This document shows positions 28,990-40,196 of a DNA stretch of 64,000 nucleotides, piece by piece. Position numbers and translations under genes: made by a program. The notes under the pieces were generated by a model, which saw only the letters and a list, made by a program, of their open reading frames with translations, was not told the origin of the DNA and did not search any database. How positions within the stretch are numbered: position 1 is the first letter of the stretch; every line of letters starts with the position of its first letter. Source of the stretch: Deferribacterales bacterium (GTDB lineage Bacteria > Chrysiogenota > Deferribacteres > Deferribacterales > Geovibrionaceae); NCBI GenBank assembly GCA_050253075.1, contig JBFWJS010000002.1, positions 384,001 to 448,000 on the forward strand, written 5' to 3'.

Positions 28990-30120
28990 TTATAATCCTT
29001 TTGTAAATATAGCAAAAGATGCTTCCCTTGCCTTTATGTCTGTTTCTAGGACAGCTTCGACACAGCAAGGTTCATCAAAATCGCAAACATTAAGCGTTTC
29101 TTTTATCAGCTCCGGTATCGCCAGATACTTCAGCCCGCCTTTTATAAACGCTTCTACAGCCACTTCATTCGCGGCGTTCATAATTATCATAGGTGCAGCC
29201 TTATCATTTTTCAATACTTCCATAGCCGTTTTCAGGCAGAGGTATTTATCCAGATCCGGCTTTGAAAATGTGAGCATTCCCACTGCGCTCATGTCCAGAG
29301 GCTTCACCCCTGATTCTGTCCTTTCGGGGTATGCCATAGCATATGATATAGGTGTGCGCATGTCGGGGTCGCCCATCTGGGCTATCATGCTGCCGTCTCT
29401 GAATGTGACAAATGAATGCACCACAGACTGAGGATGTATCACCACGTCCAGCTTATCCGGCGGGGTATCAAAGAGGAATCTCGCCTCTATGAGCTCCAGC
29501 CCCTTATTCATCATAGTGGCACTGTCTACGGTGATCTTCGCCCCCATGCTCCAGTTCGGATGCTTTAAGGCTTCCGCCTTTGTGACATAGCCGAGAGCGT
29601 CCAGAGGAGTATTGCGGAAAGCTCCGCCGCTGGCAGTGAGGACTATCCTGTTAAGATGCTCCTTATTCTGCCCGTGCAGACACTGGAATATTGCGGAATG
29701 TTCCGAATCCACGGGAATGACCCTGCTCCCTGTCTCTTTCGCTTTGGAGAGTATCAGCGAGCCCGCAGCCACTATGGACTCCTTATTAGCCAGTGCGAGG
29801 TCTATCCCACGTTTCACTGTCTCGTATGCAGGCAGTATACCTGCGGCACCCACGGCAGCGAGAAGCACAAGGTCAAGCTCCTCTTCACGTATAAGTTTCA
29901 GCAGGCTGTCAAGACCGAGCAAAGCACCGTCTGTATGACAGTCGCCTGTTATACATATATATTTAGGACGGAATTCTTCCGCCTGTTCTTTCAGAAGGGT
30001 TATATTGCTGTTACAGCTGAGAAAGACAACTTCGTATCTGTCAGGATTCAGCCTGACCACATCGAGTGCCTGTGTACCTATGGAACCGGTAGAGCCTATG
30101 ATGCCTATCTTTTTAGGCAT
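28990..30120 (-). CDS. dxr: 1-deoxy-D-xylulose 5-phosphate reductoisomerase
   Basis: GSTGSIG, LANKES, PVDSEHSA, HPNWSMGAKITVDSATMMNKGLE. Confidence 0.97.
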   Translation of the reverse strand: MPKKIGIIGSTGSIGTQALDVVRLNPDRYEVVFLSCNSNITLLKEQAEEFRPKYICITGDCHTDGALLGLDSLLKLIREEELDLVLLAAVGAAGILPAYETVKRGIDLALANKESIVAAGSLILSKAKETGSRVIPVDSEHSAIFQCLHGQNKEHLNRIVLTASGGAFRNTPLDALGYVTKAEALKHPNWSMGAKITVDSATMMNKGLELIEARFLFDTPPDKLDVVIHPQSVVHSFVTFRDGSMIAQMGDPDMRTPISYAMAYPERTESGVKPLDMSAVGMLTFSKPDLDKYLCLKTAMEVLKNDKAAPMIIMNAANEVAVEAFIKGGLKYLAIPELIKETLNVCDFDEPCCVEAVLETDIKAREASFAIFTKGL

Positions 30121-30121
30121 G

Positions 30122-30922
30122 TCACTGCACCACGTATATTACATATAGGTACAGCGCAGGAGCGCCGAAAAGTAGTGAATCCACCCTGTCAAGGAATCCG
30201 CCGTGCCCGGGGATCATGGAGCCGCTGTCTTTGATGTCGGCTCTGCGTTTGAACATGGATTCCACAAGGTCGCCCACCATGCCCGCCGTCACCACGAGGA
30301 ATGATGCGAAGGCAGCATGATAAACTGATATCTCCTCCATGAGGAAATAACTGTATAAAACACCCGAAACAACACCGCCGATGTATGCGGCAAATGCCCC
30401 TTCGATGCTCTTTTTAGGGCTTATTTTTTCATATAGTCTGTGCTTTCCGTATCTGCACCCGAAGAAATAGGCGCATGTGTCGCTCATCCATATGATAGCG
30501 CAGAGGAGGAATATATAATGTACCCCCGTGTGGCGCAGAAGGATGATGAAGGAAAACATAAGCGGTGCGTAAAGCACTGTGAGCAGCGTAGAACCTATGA
30601 CGATGAAGGTGTCCTCCAGAGGAGCCCTGTCGAACAGCTTGAATATCATGGAAAGCCCCGCCGTCACCACAAGTGCAGCGGAAAAGATGCTCACGTCGCC
30701 GGTATATATACTGTATGGTAAGAGAACAGAGCCGAAAAACGCAGGGAAGTATAATATCTTTATCCCCGCATGCTCCAGCATGTTCATGAATTCTTTCGCA
30801 GATATGAGTATGACGGCAAGAACCGCCACGAAGAAGACTATATTGTCGAAGTAGATTATCAGCGCAGCAATGGGAGGTATGGCGATGAGAGCCGTAAGGA
30901 TTCTTTTATTACGCTCGCTCAT
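30122..30922 (-). CDS. cdsA: Phosphatidate cytidylyltransferase
   Basis: [36 protein letters not shown]. Confidence 0.95.
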   Translation of the reverse strand: MSERNKRILTALIAIPPIAALIIYFDNIVFFVAVLAVILISAKEFMNMLEHAGIKILYFPAFFGSVLLPYSIYTGDVSIFSAALVVTAGLSMIFKLFDRAPLEDTFIVIGSTLLTVLYAPLMFSFIILLRHTGVHYIFLLCAIIWMSDTCAYFFGCRYGKHRLYEKISPKKSIEGAFAAYIGGVVSGVLYSYFLMEEISVYHAAFASFLVVTAGMVGDLVESMFKRRADIKDSGSMIPGHGGFLDRVDSLLFGAPALYLYVIYVVQ

Positions 30923-31649
30923 CTTCACCCGTCACTTGCTCGTCTGTCATGCCGAATCTTCTGATGCGGCTGCTGTATTCGCTGAAAGCATCGTCCAGCA
31001 CGGCGGATGAAAAATCCGGCCAGAGGACATCTGTGAAATACAGCTCGCTGTATGCGGAGCGCCACAGCATGAAGTTACTTATGCGGATCTCTCCGCTGGT
31101 TCTTATCAGCAGGTCTATGTCCGGTATCTCAGGGTTATACATGAACTGACCGAATTCGTCCCGCTCTATCTTATCCAACTCTATCTCGCCCTGAATGGCG
31201 AGCTTTGCCATCTTGCGTGCGGCGTCGACTATCTCGCTTCTACCGCCGTAGGATATGGCGAGGTTAAGCACCATGCCGTCGTTCTTTTCGAGCTTGGCTA
31301 CGGATTCCTTAACCACATTCTGGATATGCTCAGGCAGAAGATGCGTTCTGCCGGATATCACAAGCCTGACATTGTTCTTATCAAGCTCTACGGTCTCCTG
31401 CTTAAGATAGCTCTCGAGCAGATTCATCAGAAAGCCGACCTCGTCCTTCGGACGCAGCCAGTTCTCCATTGAGAATGTATAGAGGGTCAGATAACCGACC
31501 CCCTTTTCCGAACAGTATTTAACAATATCACGAACAACCTCGGCACCCTTCTGATGACCGAAAACACGGGCAAGCCCCTGTTTTTTCGCCCATCGTCCGT
31601 TGCCGTCCATAATTATGGCGAGGTGTTCAGGTATACTTATTTCCTGCAC
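30909..31649 (-). CDS. uppS: Undecaprenyl diphosphate synthase
   Basis: [44 protein letters not shown]. Confidence 0.96.
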   Translation of the reverse strand: MQEISIPEHLAIIMDGNGRWAKKQGLARVFGHQKGAEVVRDIVKYCSEKGVGYLTLYTFSMENWLRPKDEVGFLMNLLESYLKQETVELDKNNVRLVISGRTHLLPEHIQNVVKESVAKLEKNDGMVLNLAISYGGRSEIVDAARKMAKLAIQGEIELDKIERDEFGQFMYNPEIPDIDLLIRTSGEIRISNFMLWRSAYSELYFTDVLWPDFSSAVLDDAFSEYSSRIRRFGMTDEQVTGEDERA

Positions 31650-32206
31650 TAGATCTCCATTACCTCTTTTTCTTTGATAGCGGTAATATCTTCGACTTTT
31701 TTTATGTAGTCGTTTGTGATGTTCTGGATATCGTCTACAAACTTTTTAGAGTCGTCTTCGGATATCTCTTTATCTTTTTCCAGTTTTTTGATCTTGTCAT
31801 TACCTTCACGGCGAAGGTTTCTGACAGCGACCTTGTTGTCCTCAGACATCTTTTTCACGAGCTTCACTATCTCCTTTCTGCGCTCTTCTGTGAGCTGAGG
31901 GATAGGGATGCGGATGATCTTACCGTCGTTGGACGGGTTGAATCCCATGTTTGAGTTCTGGATAGCTTTTTCTATAACACCTATCAGGCTGACGTCCCAA
32001 GGCTGTACGGTTATCATTCTTGGTTCGGGAGCTGCGAGTGTCGCAACGCCGTTCAGCGGTGTCGGTGTGCCGTAGTAGTCTACGGTGATACCGTCGAACA
32101 TCCCTATGGATGCTCTTCCTGTTCTGATAGTTTTAAGTTCTTCCTTGTAATGCTCAATGGTTTTGTCCATTTTGCCTTTCATATCCTTGATGACTGAAGC
32201 AGGCAT
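31649..32206 (-). CDS. frr: Ribosome recycling factor
   Basis: IRTGRA, YYGTPTPL, PQLTEERRKE. Confidence 0.97.
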   Translation of the reverse strand: MPASVIKDMKGKMDKTIEHYKEELKTIRTGRASIGMFDGITVDYYGTPTPLNGVATLAAPEPRMITVQPWDVSLIGVIEKAIQNSNMGFNPSNDGKIIRIPIPQLTEERRKEIVKLVKKMSEDNKVAVRNLRREGNDKIKKLEKDKEISEDDSKKFVDDIQNITNDYIKKVEDITAIKEKEVMEI

Positions 32207-32208
32207 TT

Positions 32209-32925
32209 CTAATCCTCCACTATTGTTCCGACCTTTTCGCCGAGAACAACTTTTTTCATGTTTCCTTTGCCAAATATATCAAATACGATGATTGGTATAT
32301 GGTTGTCCATGCAGAGTGAGATAGCGGCAGAGTCCATTACCTTCAGCCCTCTGTTGAGAACGTCGAGGTATGTGATGTTGTCGAATTTCACCGCATCTTT
32401 ATTCTTTTTAGGGTCGGATGTGTAAACACCGTCGACCTTTGTAGCTTTAAGTATTACTTCTGCGTTTATCTCCGTACCTCGGAGTGTAGCAGCAGTGTCA
32501 GTTGTAAAGTATGGGTTTCCCGTACCGCCGGCGAAGATAACCACACGGCTTTTCTCAAGGTGACGCATTGCACGTCTTCTGATGAACGGTTCTGCGATCT
32601 GGCGCATCTCTATGGCTGTCTGCACACGTGTAGGTATGCCGACTTTCTCCAGTCCGTCCTGCAGAGCGAGAGAGTTCATGATAGTGGCGAGCATCCCCAT
32701 GTAGTCCGCCGAGACTCTGTCCATGTTACGGGCTGTGCCGTCCATTCCGCGGAAGATGTTCCCCCCGCCGACAACGATGCCCACTCTGACACCGAGTTCC
32801 ACGACCTCTTTTACTTCGCTTACGATAAAACTAAGTGTTTCAAAGTTTATACCGTAATCGGACTGGCCCATCAGAGCCTCACCGCTCAGTTTGAGCAGTA
32901 TGGTTTTATATACCGGTTCAGCCAC
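32209..32925 (-). CDS. pyrH: Uridylate kinase
   Basis: [36 protein letters not shown]. Confidence 0.97.
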   Translation of the reverse strand: MAEPVYKTILLKLSGEALMGQSDYGINFETLSFIVSEVKEVVELGVRVGIVVGGGNIFRGMDGTARNMDRVSADYMGMLATIMNSLALQDGLEKVGIPTRVQTAIEMRQIAEPFIRRRAMRHLEKSRVVIFAGGTGNPYFTTDTAATLRGTEINAEVILKATKVDGVYTSDPKKNKDAVKFDNITYLDVLNRGLKVMDSAAISLCMDNHIPIIVFDIFGKGNMKKVVLGEKVGTIVED

Positions 32926-32978
32926 CTGTCACCCCTTATATTAAGTTCTTATAATTATTGCACAATCAGCTTATATTT

Positions 32979-33647
32979 TCAATTTATAAGCTTAAAAATA
33001 CGGTCAAATCTATCATACTTTGGATTTAAAAATCTGAAGAAGCTGAGAGGGAATTTAGACCATGCAGAGTTTCTCTCCGGTGTTTCCATAGACCAGTAGA
33101 TCATAAGGGCTTTCCCTTTTATCTTATCTTCGTCTACAAATCCCCAGAAACGGCTGTCATAGCTGTTGTCTCTGTTGTCCCCCATCATGAAGTACTTACC
33201 CTCGGGAACAGTGAATTCCTCGAAGTTGTCCTTTGTGGATATCGCAGCAGGGAGAGGCTCCTGAGAGTTTACCCTGCGGTATTCCTCATTTTGAAGCTCG
33301 CCGTTGATGTAGAGCTGTTTATCTATCATCTTTATCCTGTCGCCGGGTGTGCCTATCACTCTTTTGATAAAGTCTTTATTAGGTTCCAGCGGATATTCGA
33401 AGACGACAACATCCCCCTTCTCAGGGCCGCTGAAAATGTATTCCAGCCTGTTCAGCACGAGGAAATCGCCCACCTTCAGCGTGGAGTACATAGACTCCGA
33501 AGGTATGGTGTATGTCTGAAGGAGCAGACCCTTTATCACCATAGCGATGACGACCGCCACAACGAGCGAATCGAAAAATCCGTCCTTCTTTTTCCCCTTG
33601 TTCTCTTCCTGCTGAATACCTTTATTTACATCTTCCATCTTATTCAT
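32979..33647 (-). CDS. lepB: Signal peptidase I
   Basis: IPSESM (catalytic Ser), FIKRVIG (Lys), [14 protein letters not shown]. Confidence 0.95.
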   Translation of the reverse strand: MNKMEDVNKGIQQEENKGKKKDGFFDSLVVAVVIAMVIKGLLLQTYTIPSESMYSTLKVGDFLVLNRLEYIFSGPEKGDVVVFEYPLEPNKDFIKRVIGTPGDRIKMIDKQLYINGELQNEEYRRVNSQEPLPAAISTKDNFEEFTVPEGKYFMMGDNRDNSYDSRFWGFVDEDKIKGKALMIYWSMETPERNSAWSKFPLSFFRFLNPKYDRFDRIFKLIN

Positions 33648-35436
33648 CACCCAGTTTTAACACAGCCATGAAAGCCTCCTGAGGAACTTCCACACTGCCT
33701 ATATTTTTCATTCTCTTTTTACCCGCTTTCTGCTTTTCCAGAAGTTTACGCTTACGGGTTATGTCACCGCCGTAGCACTTGGCAGTAACGTTCTTTCTGT
33801 ATGCCTTCACGGTGGTACGGGCAAGTATCTTATTACCCACCGCCGCCTGAATGGCAATGTCGAACATCTGTCTGTGTATGACGTCTTTCAGCTTTGCTGC
33901 GAGGTCTCGCCCCTTATAGAAAGCCTGATCTTTATGTATGATGATGGACAGGGCGTCCACCTTTTCGCCGTTCAGCAGTACATCCAGCTTCACAAGGTCG
34001 CCGGGCTGATATCCTGCAAATTCATAGTCAAATGACGCATAGCCCTTTGATATAGATTTCAGCTTGTCATAGAAGTCCATAACAACCTCGCTGAGAGGGA
34101 TGGCGTATTCCAGAATAACACGTGTCTCGTTGATGAACTTCATGTTTTTCTGTACGGAGCGTCTCGCAACCATTAGCTGCATTATCCCCCCGACAAATTC
34201 GTTAGGCAGGATGATGGTAGCATCTATCACAGGCTCTTCGATGAGCTCTATGTCGTTTACGTCGGGCATGTCGGCAGGGTTGTCCACCATGATGACTTCG
34301 CCGTTCTTTTTGGTAACTCTGTAGATAACTGTCGGAGCAGTGTTTACAAGGTCGAGGTCGAACTCACGCTCCAGCCTCTCCTGTATGATCTCCATATGCA
34401 GCAGACCGAGGAAACCGCCTCTGAAGCCAAATCCGAGGGCAGCGGATGTCTCAGGCTCGTATGTGATGGAGCTGTCGTTCAGCGAGAGCTTCTCGAGTGC
34501 TTCACGCAGGTCTTCATAGTCCTTTGAATCCACTGGATACATCCCGCAAAAAACAACGGGCTTAACCTTTTTAAACCCCGGGAAAGGTCTCTGTGTGGGT
34601 CTCTTTGCTATGGTGATGGTATCACCGATGTTTATCTCTCTGACATTCTTTATAGATGCAGTGAGGAAGCCCACTTCGCCTGCTACGAGCTTTTCCGTCT
34701 TAGTCGGTTTCGGGTAGAAATAGCCGACGGTATCGACCACACGCTCAGACTTGTTCGACATGAACTGTATCTTGTCCCCGGCTTCCAGAACTCCGTCCAC
34801 CATACGTATCAGTACGATAACACCGAGGTAGGAGTCATACCATGAGTCTACGATCATTGCTTTCAGAGGTTCATCCTCTGAGCCTGCAGGGGCAGGTATT
34901 CTTTTAACTATAGCTTCGAGTATATCCTTCGTACCTATGCCTGATTTAGCACTGGCGAGTATCGCTTCGGATGTATCGATGCCGATGATGTCTTCTATCT
35001 CCACCTTTACCTTTTCGGGGTCGGCGGAAGGCAAGTCTATCTTGTTCAGCACAGGCACCAGCTCAAGCTCCTGATCCACAGCCATATATGCGTTTGCTAT
35101 GGTCTGCGCCTCAACACCCTGTGCGGCATCCACAACAAGCAGTGCGCCTTCGCATGCGGCGAGGCTTCGTGAAACTTCGTATGTGAAGTCAACGTGCCCT
35201 GGTGTATCGATAAGGTTCAGGATGTATTCCTGTCCGTCTTCTGCTTTATATTTAAGGCGGACGGTCTGCGCCTTTACGGTGATGCCACGCTCACGCTCAA
35301 TGTCCATGCTGTCGAGCAGCTGGTCACGCATCTGACGCTTATCCACAGCACTGGTGAACTCTATCAGCCTGTCTGCGATGGTGGATTTACCGTGATCTAT
35401 GTGTGCGATGATACTGAAATTTCTGATCTTGCTCAT
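33640..35436 (-). CDS. lepA: Elongation factor 4 (LepA)
   Basis: [42 protein letters not shown]. Confidence 0.97.
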   Translation of the reverse strand: MSKIRNFSIIAHIDHGKSTIADRLIEFTSAVDKRQMRDQLLDSMDIERERGITVKAQTVRLKYKAEDGQEYILNLIDTPGHVDFTYEVSRSLAACEGALLVVDAAQGVEAQTIANAYMAVDQELELVPVLNKIDLPSADPEKVKVEIEDIIGIDTSEAILASAKSGIGTKDILEAIVKRIPAPAGSEDEPLKAMIVDSWYDSYLGVIVLIRMVDGVLEAGDKIQFMSNKSERVVDTVGYFYPKPTKTEKLVAGEVGFLTASIKNVREINIGDTITIAKRPTQRPFPGFKKVKPVVFCGMYPVDSKDYEDLREALEKLSLNDSSITYEPETSAALGFGFRGGFLGLLHMEIIQERLEREFDLDLVNTAPTVIYRVTKKNGEVIMVDNPADMPDVNDIELIEEPVIDATIILPNEFVGGIMQLMVARRSVQKNMKFINETRVILEYAIPLSEVVMDFYDKLKSISKGYASFDYEFAGYQPGDLVKLDVLLNGEKVDALSIIIHKDQAFYKGRDLAAKLKDVIHRQMFDIAIQAAVGNKILARTTVKAYRKNVTAKCYGGDITRKRKLLEKQKAGKKRMKNIGSVEVPQEAFMAVLKLGDE

Positions 35437-35640
35437 ATTCCTCTCGAATGCCAAAGCCGGCAATAAGGTGATTTATTTTCTTTTGACTCAAGGCATAGAT
35501 TATGAAAATGAAAGTCTTTCAATAATTTATAACGCCGAAGCAAAAGAAAAGAAACCACGCAGCACAGCTTTGTACGTATCCGCCCAAAATACCTTATATG
35601 GGGTATAAAATTCAAGTAGTTTTATCACAATTCTCATTTA

Positions 35641-35708
35641 GCCATCCTGAACTGAGTGAAGGATATGAAACGTGCAGATTCTTTGTCACGGCATTCCTCA
35701 GAATGACA
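35641..35708. repeat. Pair of REP-like palindromic units (tail-to-tail) just after the gspF stop
   Basis: GCCATCCTGAACTGAGTGAAGGATAT (35641-35666) and AGATTCTTTGTCACGGCATTCCTCAGAATGACA (35676-35708). Confidence 0.75.
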
Positions 35709-35716
35709 AAAGAGAC

Positions 35717-36910
35717 CTACTTAACGAGGGTGTTGATGGAGAAAAGAGGATCCATTATGGATATAACGATGAAACCGACGACGAGACCGATAAACATGAT
35801 GAAAAGCGGCTCGATAACGGAAACAAATCTGGCGGTGAACTGCTCAGTTTTTCTGGTGTAATAGACATTTACCCTGTCCAGCAGATCCGGCAGGTTGCCG
35901 CTCTTTTCACCCGTGGCAACGGCAGCGACAAAAAGCTCTGTGAAAAGCCCTGTCTCCGTGACACATTCGGAAAATTTACGTCCACCCTTTACGCCCTCTG
36001 CGACCCCTTCCAGAGCCTCTCTTACGTGCAGGTTGCCCATGCCTTCTGCCGTGTTTGTCAGCGCCTCCACCAGCGGAAGCCCCTCACGGAGCTGAAACGC
36101 AAGCACATGCCCCAGTCTGGAAGCTGTGACATCTCTGATAAAAGCTATCTTATACAGCTTCTTATCCACCTTCATGCGGAACTTGCCCTTCTTTGCGTAT
36201 GACCTGCGCACCAGTACGGCGCACACGAGCACCAGCAGAAACACCAGCATCCCGTAATTCTGCAGAAATCCTGCTGTGGCCAGCAGAAGTTTTGTAGACC
36301 CGGGGATATCCGCACCTGCGCTTTTGAATATGCTCTCGAGCTTCGGCACTACGAACGTAAGCATAAAGCCCACAACACCGAGACCGAGCATCATGACAAC
36401 ACTGGGATAGATCATAGCACTGGTGACCTTTTCGCTCGCCTTGCGCTTATCTTCTTCGAATTTTGATATATCGAGCAGGACAGATGCGAGCCTGCCCACC
36501 TTTTCAGATGTGCGTATGAGATGTATGTACAGTTCAGAATAGATATCTTTATAAGGCATCATAGCCTCGGAGAAACGTCGTCCGCTATTCACCTTTTCTT
36601 CCATATCCATCAGAGATTTCTTCATCTTTGTATCTTTGATGGTGTCTGCGGTGACCTTCAGCGCACGGGTGAGAGGTATACCGCTGGAAAGGAGTATCGA
36701 AAGCTGAAAGAAAACGTCTGCCAGCCCTTTTTTACGGAATGATATGCTGAATTTGTCCCTTCTGCGCTTTTCGGATGCCTGCGCAATGCCAGAGACAAGT
36801 ATACCGTCTGAGCTCAGCTTTGCCAGAGCGGCATTCTTACTAGCCGCTTCGAGGTTTCCTTTTACACGCTTTCCCTGTTTATCGAGTCCGTCGTAGGAAA
36901 ATATGGGCAT
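35717..36910 (-). CDS. gspF: Type II secretion inner-membrane platform protein F
   Basis: QLSILLSSGIPL, SAMIYP, FVVPK, GEKSGNL, IEPLFI. Confidence 0.92.
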   Translation of the reverse strand: MPIFSYDGLDKQGKRVKGNLEAASKNAALAKLSSDGILVSGIAQASEKRRRDKFSISFRKKGLADVFFQLSILLSSGIPLTRALKVTADTIKDTKMKKSLMDMEEKVNSGRRFSEAMMPYKDIYSELYIHLIRTSEKVGRLASVLLDISKFEEDKRKASEKVTSAMIYPSVVMMLGLGVVGFMLTFVVPKLESIFKSAGADIPGSTKLLLATAGFLQNYGMLVFLLVLVCAVLVRRSYAKKGKFRMKVDKKLYKIAFIRDVTASRLGHVLAFQLREGLPLVEALTNTAEGMGNLHVREALEGVAEGVKGGRKFSECVTETGLFTELFVAAVATGEKSGNLPDLLDRVNVYYTRKTEQFTARFVSVIEPLFIMFIGLVVGFIVISIMDPLFSINTLVK

Positions 36911-38358
36911 CAGTCATTACCTGAAATTGCGATAATCTCATTCGGTGCGGTGATGCCTGCCATGACAAGCTCGTATCCGTGCACCATCAGAGGTCTGTAT
37001 CCTGTGACCCTCGCCTCTTTCGCTATGGCGGATGAGTCTGCACGCTCGTTTATCAGCCTTCTTATGCCGTCGTTTACGGTGAGTATCTCGAAGACACCTA
37101 TCCTGCCTGAGAATCCTGTATGCATACATTCATCGCAGCCGACGGGCTCGTAATACTTTTCTATCGGCAGCTCTTCCAGCATGAAGAAATCTTTCACATA
37201 TCCTTCCGCCTGAACTTCCTTACGGCATTTCGTGCAGAGCTTTCTGACGAGTCTCTGCCCCACAACAGCCGTTACGGATGATGAAAGGAGGAATGGTTCA
37301 ACCTCCATATCGATAAGCCTTGCTATCGCTGTGGGAGCGTTGTTTGTGTGGAGAGTGGAGAGCACGAGGTGACCCGTAAGGGACGCCTGCACGGCAGCCT
37401 GCGCTGTTTCTGTGTCTCGTATCTCACCTATCAGAATGATGTCGGGGTCCTGTCTGAGGAAAGCCCGCACCGCACTGGCAAACGTAATGTCCACCGCACG
37501 GTTCACCTGAACCTGTGTGATCTTCTCCATATGATATTCCACCGGATCTTCGATGGTCATAATGTTTGTGTCGTCGCTCACCAGCTCCTGAAGAGCGGCG
37601 TAGAGCGTTGTTGTTTTACCCGAGCCTGTCGGGCCGGTAACGAGTATGATGCCGTTAGGTCTGCGGATAGCCTTGCGGAAGGCAGGGACGAGGCTCATGG
37701 GGATACCCGTCTTTTCTATCGTAACCATACTCTTGGATTTCTCCAGAATACGCAAAACAGCCTTTTCACCCGTAACAGACGGAATGGTCGAAACCCTGAT
37801 ATCCACGTCACGGTTACCTATCTTAAGGTTGATACGTCCGTCCTGAGCCTTTCTTGTCTCGGCAACATCGAGGTCGGAGATAACCTTCAGCCTCGCTATT
37901 ACTGATTCCTGCAGGCTCTTCGGATACTGGCGCACTGTCGTCAGCTTTCCGTCTATGCGGAAACGTACGGCGAATTTGCCTGTAAGACCTTCGAAATGGA
38001 TATCACTCGCGCCGTTCTTCGCAGCCTGAATGATGGTCTGGTTCACCAGTTTTATGATAGGCGCATCGTCGTATGATGCAGAGAGAATGTCGGAAACATC
38101 TTCGAAGTCATCGTCTTCGCTGTCATATTCTTCGGAGCGGGCTGCTTCGAGAACCTCCAGCACAGAGAGTATCTCCTGTCTTTCGACACTGCGGAAGGAC
38201 GCCTTTGACCCTGTGGTGAAAACAAGATGGCGAGCCTTGCCGAAGCCTGTTTCGGAGCTGTAGAGTATCACAACGTCTTCGCCGTCCTTAATAGGGGCGA
38301 AGTCACTGCGGTCCGGATATTTCAGATATATATCTATAAGTTGTTCAAAGTCTGTCAT
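36910..38358 (-). CDS. gspE: Type II secretion ATPase E
   Basis: ASDIHFE, QDGRI, GPTGSGKTTTLY, TIEDPVEY, LRQDPDIILIGEIRD, tetra-Cys motif. Confidence 0.94.
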   Translation of the reverse strand: MTDFEQLIDIYLKYPDRSDFAPIKDGEDVVILYSSETGFGKARHLVFTTGSKASFRSVERQEILSVLEVLEAARSEEYDSEDDDFEDVSDILSASYDDAPIIKLVNQTIIQAAKNGASDIHFEGLTGKFAVRFRIDGKLTTVRQYPKSLQESVIARLKVISDLDVAETRKAQDGRINLKIGNRDVDIRVSTIPSVTGEKAVLRILEKSKSMVTIEKTGIPMSLVPAFRKAIRRPNGIILVTGPTGSGKTTTLYAALQELVSDDTNIMTIEDPVEYHMEKITQVQVNRAVDITFASAVRAFLRQDPDIILIGEIRDTETAQAAVQASLTGHLVLSTLHTNNAPTAIARLIDMEVEPFLLSSSVTAVVGQRLVRKLCTKCRKEVQAEGYVKDFFMLEELPIEKYYEPVGCDECMHTGFSGRIGVFEILTVNDGIRRLINERADSSAIAKEARVTGYRPLMVHGYELVMAGITAPNEIIAISGND

Positions 38359-40196
38359 TTAAATTCTTTCTTGATCTTTTCGTCTATTGCTTGCTTAAAT
38401 TCTTTTGCTTCGTTCTCTTTCTTTTTAGTTAATTCCATAGCTTCTTCATGAGTTCTTATGATGTTTGCAGAGATGAAAACCATCATATTGGTTTTCTCCG
38501 AACTGCCAGACTTGTTCTTAAACAGCCATCCGAGTACCGGTATGCGTGAAAGCCCGGGCACTGCCGAATTATACATATCAGAGTCGTCTTTTAAGAGACC
38601 CGATATGACCATCATAGCGCCGTTCTTCAGCTTTACCTTTGTCTTTGTAGAACGTGTGAGTGTAACAGGTGCGGTAACATCCACAGTGGACGCAGACACC
38701 TTTTTAACTTCCTGATCGATCTCAAGAGTGATCGTATCGTTTGATGAAATCTGAGGTACTATCTTCAGCTTAACACCCACGTCACGATAGTCATAGGACT
38801 GAACAGGATAACCGTTAGAGTCTGTTCTTGATTCTGTAATGAACGGTCTGTTCTCACCTACAAACACCTCTGCCTCCTGATTATCGAGGGAGAGTATCTG
38901 TGGATTAGACAGAATATTAATATTGTTGGATGACTTCACAAAATTCGCCAATAAGCCCAGCGTAGGAAAGTTAACCCCTTCGTAGGATATAATATTTCCG
39001 AGGACACCGAGGCTGAATCCGCCCGGCAGAGCACCGATAGCTTCACCGTCGACGGCATTGCCTATCATACTGCTGAGGTTTCCGTTAGAGTTGATATAGC
39101 CGATAGAGGCCGCTTCAGAGCTTCCTCCTGCACCGACCTGCCATTCAACACCGAAGTCTTTTGCATTGTCGAAGGATGTCTCAAGGATGAGCGCTTCCAC
39201 ATAAACCTGCTCACGTGCTTTATCCAGCTTATCGATGAGCTGCTCTACCTTTGCGTAGAGGTCAGGGTCGCCGAAAACGATGATGGAGTTTGTCGCTTTA
39301 TCAAATGCCACAGATGATTTAACTGTGGATTTCTTGCCTTTTTCCTGATTCTCTATACCTGTCAGCTTATCCAGCACCTGCTGAACATCTTCCGCACTGG
39401 CGTTGTTCAGGTAAAATACTTTAGGGCTGTTGTGGCTGTTCTGGCTTGGTGAATCTATCTGCTGGATTATGTATGATATCTTCTCAAAGTCCTGATCCGT
39501 ACTGGCGATGAGAAGCATGTTTGAATAGTCGTCTGCTACTATTACAGGCTCGTTTGCCACGAGCATTTTCTTCTGCATGTCTGCATACATCTTTTTCAGC
39601 ATTGTTTCCATGCTGCTGGCTGACGCGTGCTCCACGCTGACTAAGTGTATCTTAATCCCTGTGGCTTTTATCTCGAGCTTTTCCATCAGCTTTTTCAGCT
39701 TTGCTATCCTGTCCACCCTGTCTCTTACTACGATAGCGTTGAGACCTTTCAGCACTTCCAGATAGCCTGCTTTGGATTTCAGCCTGACGAGTGCCGTGGT
39801 GAGGATGTTTGAGTCGAAGTTCCTCGCTGAGAGGATGGTCGTCACGAGAGCATCGCCGCCGCCCGCACCGTCGGAGTCGGAGATGTCGCCGATGTCGCTC
39901 TGGCGCACGATCTCTATATATGTACCCCTGTCAACGATCTCCAGACCGTTGGCTCGGAGTGTGGATGAGAATATCTCCATGATGTCGTCTGTGCCCATCT
40001 CTGAGGACGACTCTATACTGACCTGACCTTTGAGGTCTTTCTTATCATATACAAAGTTTTTACCCGTAAATTCGGACACGAAGCTGACAAATTCCTGCAT
40101 CTCCATATCTCTGAAGTTTACGTTTACATCCGCCGCAAAGGCGAAGGAAGAAAGTGCTATCAAACAAACAATAAAATAAAACTTAATGAATCTCAT
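38355..40196 (-). CDS. gspD: Type II secretion secretin D
   Basis: Signal peptide, N domains, QVYVEALILE, NILSNPQIL, YRDVGVKLKIVPQI, VPGLSRIPVLGWLF. Confidence 0.94.
   Translation of the reverse strand: MRFIKFYFIVCLIALSSFAFAADVNVNFRDMEMQEFVSFVSEFTGKNFVYDKKDLKGQVSIESSSEMGTDDIMEIFSSTLRANGLEIVDRGTYIEIVRQSDIGDISDSDGAGGGDALVTTILSARNFDSNILTTALVRLKSKAGYLEVLKGLNAIVVRDRVDRIAKLKKLMEKLEIKATGIKIHLVSVEHASASSMETMLKKMYADMQKKMLVANEPVIVADDYSNMLLIASTDQDFEKISYIIQQIDSPSQNSHNSPKVFYLNNASAEDVQQVLDKLTGIENQEKGKKSTVKSSVAFDKATNSIIVFGDPDLYAKVEQLIDKLDKAREQVYVEALILETSFDNAKDFGVEWQVGAGGSSEAASIGYINSNGNLSSMIGNAVDGEAIGALPGGFSLGVLGNIISYEGVNFPTLGLLANFVKSSNNINILSNPQILSLDNQEAEVFVGENRPFITESRTDSNGYPVQSYDYRDVGVKLKIVPQISSNDTITLEIDQEVKKVSASTVDVTAPVTLTRSTKTKVKLKNGAMMVISGLLKDDSDMYNSAVPGLSRIPVLGWLFKNKSGSSEKTNMMVFISANIIRTHEEAMELTKKKENEAKEFKQAIDEKIKKEFK

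Noticed and set aside
32209..35436. lepA-lepB rather than rpsB-tsf upstream of pyrH; also ruvB absent after ruvA
   Set aside because: Ordinary gene-order shuffling of housekeeping genes; no sign of disruption.
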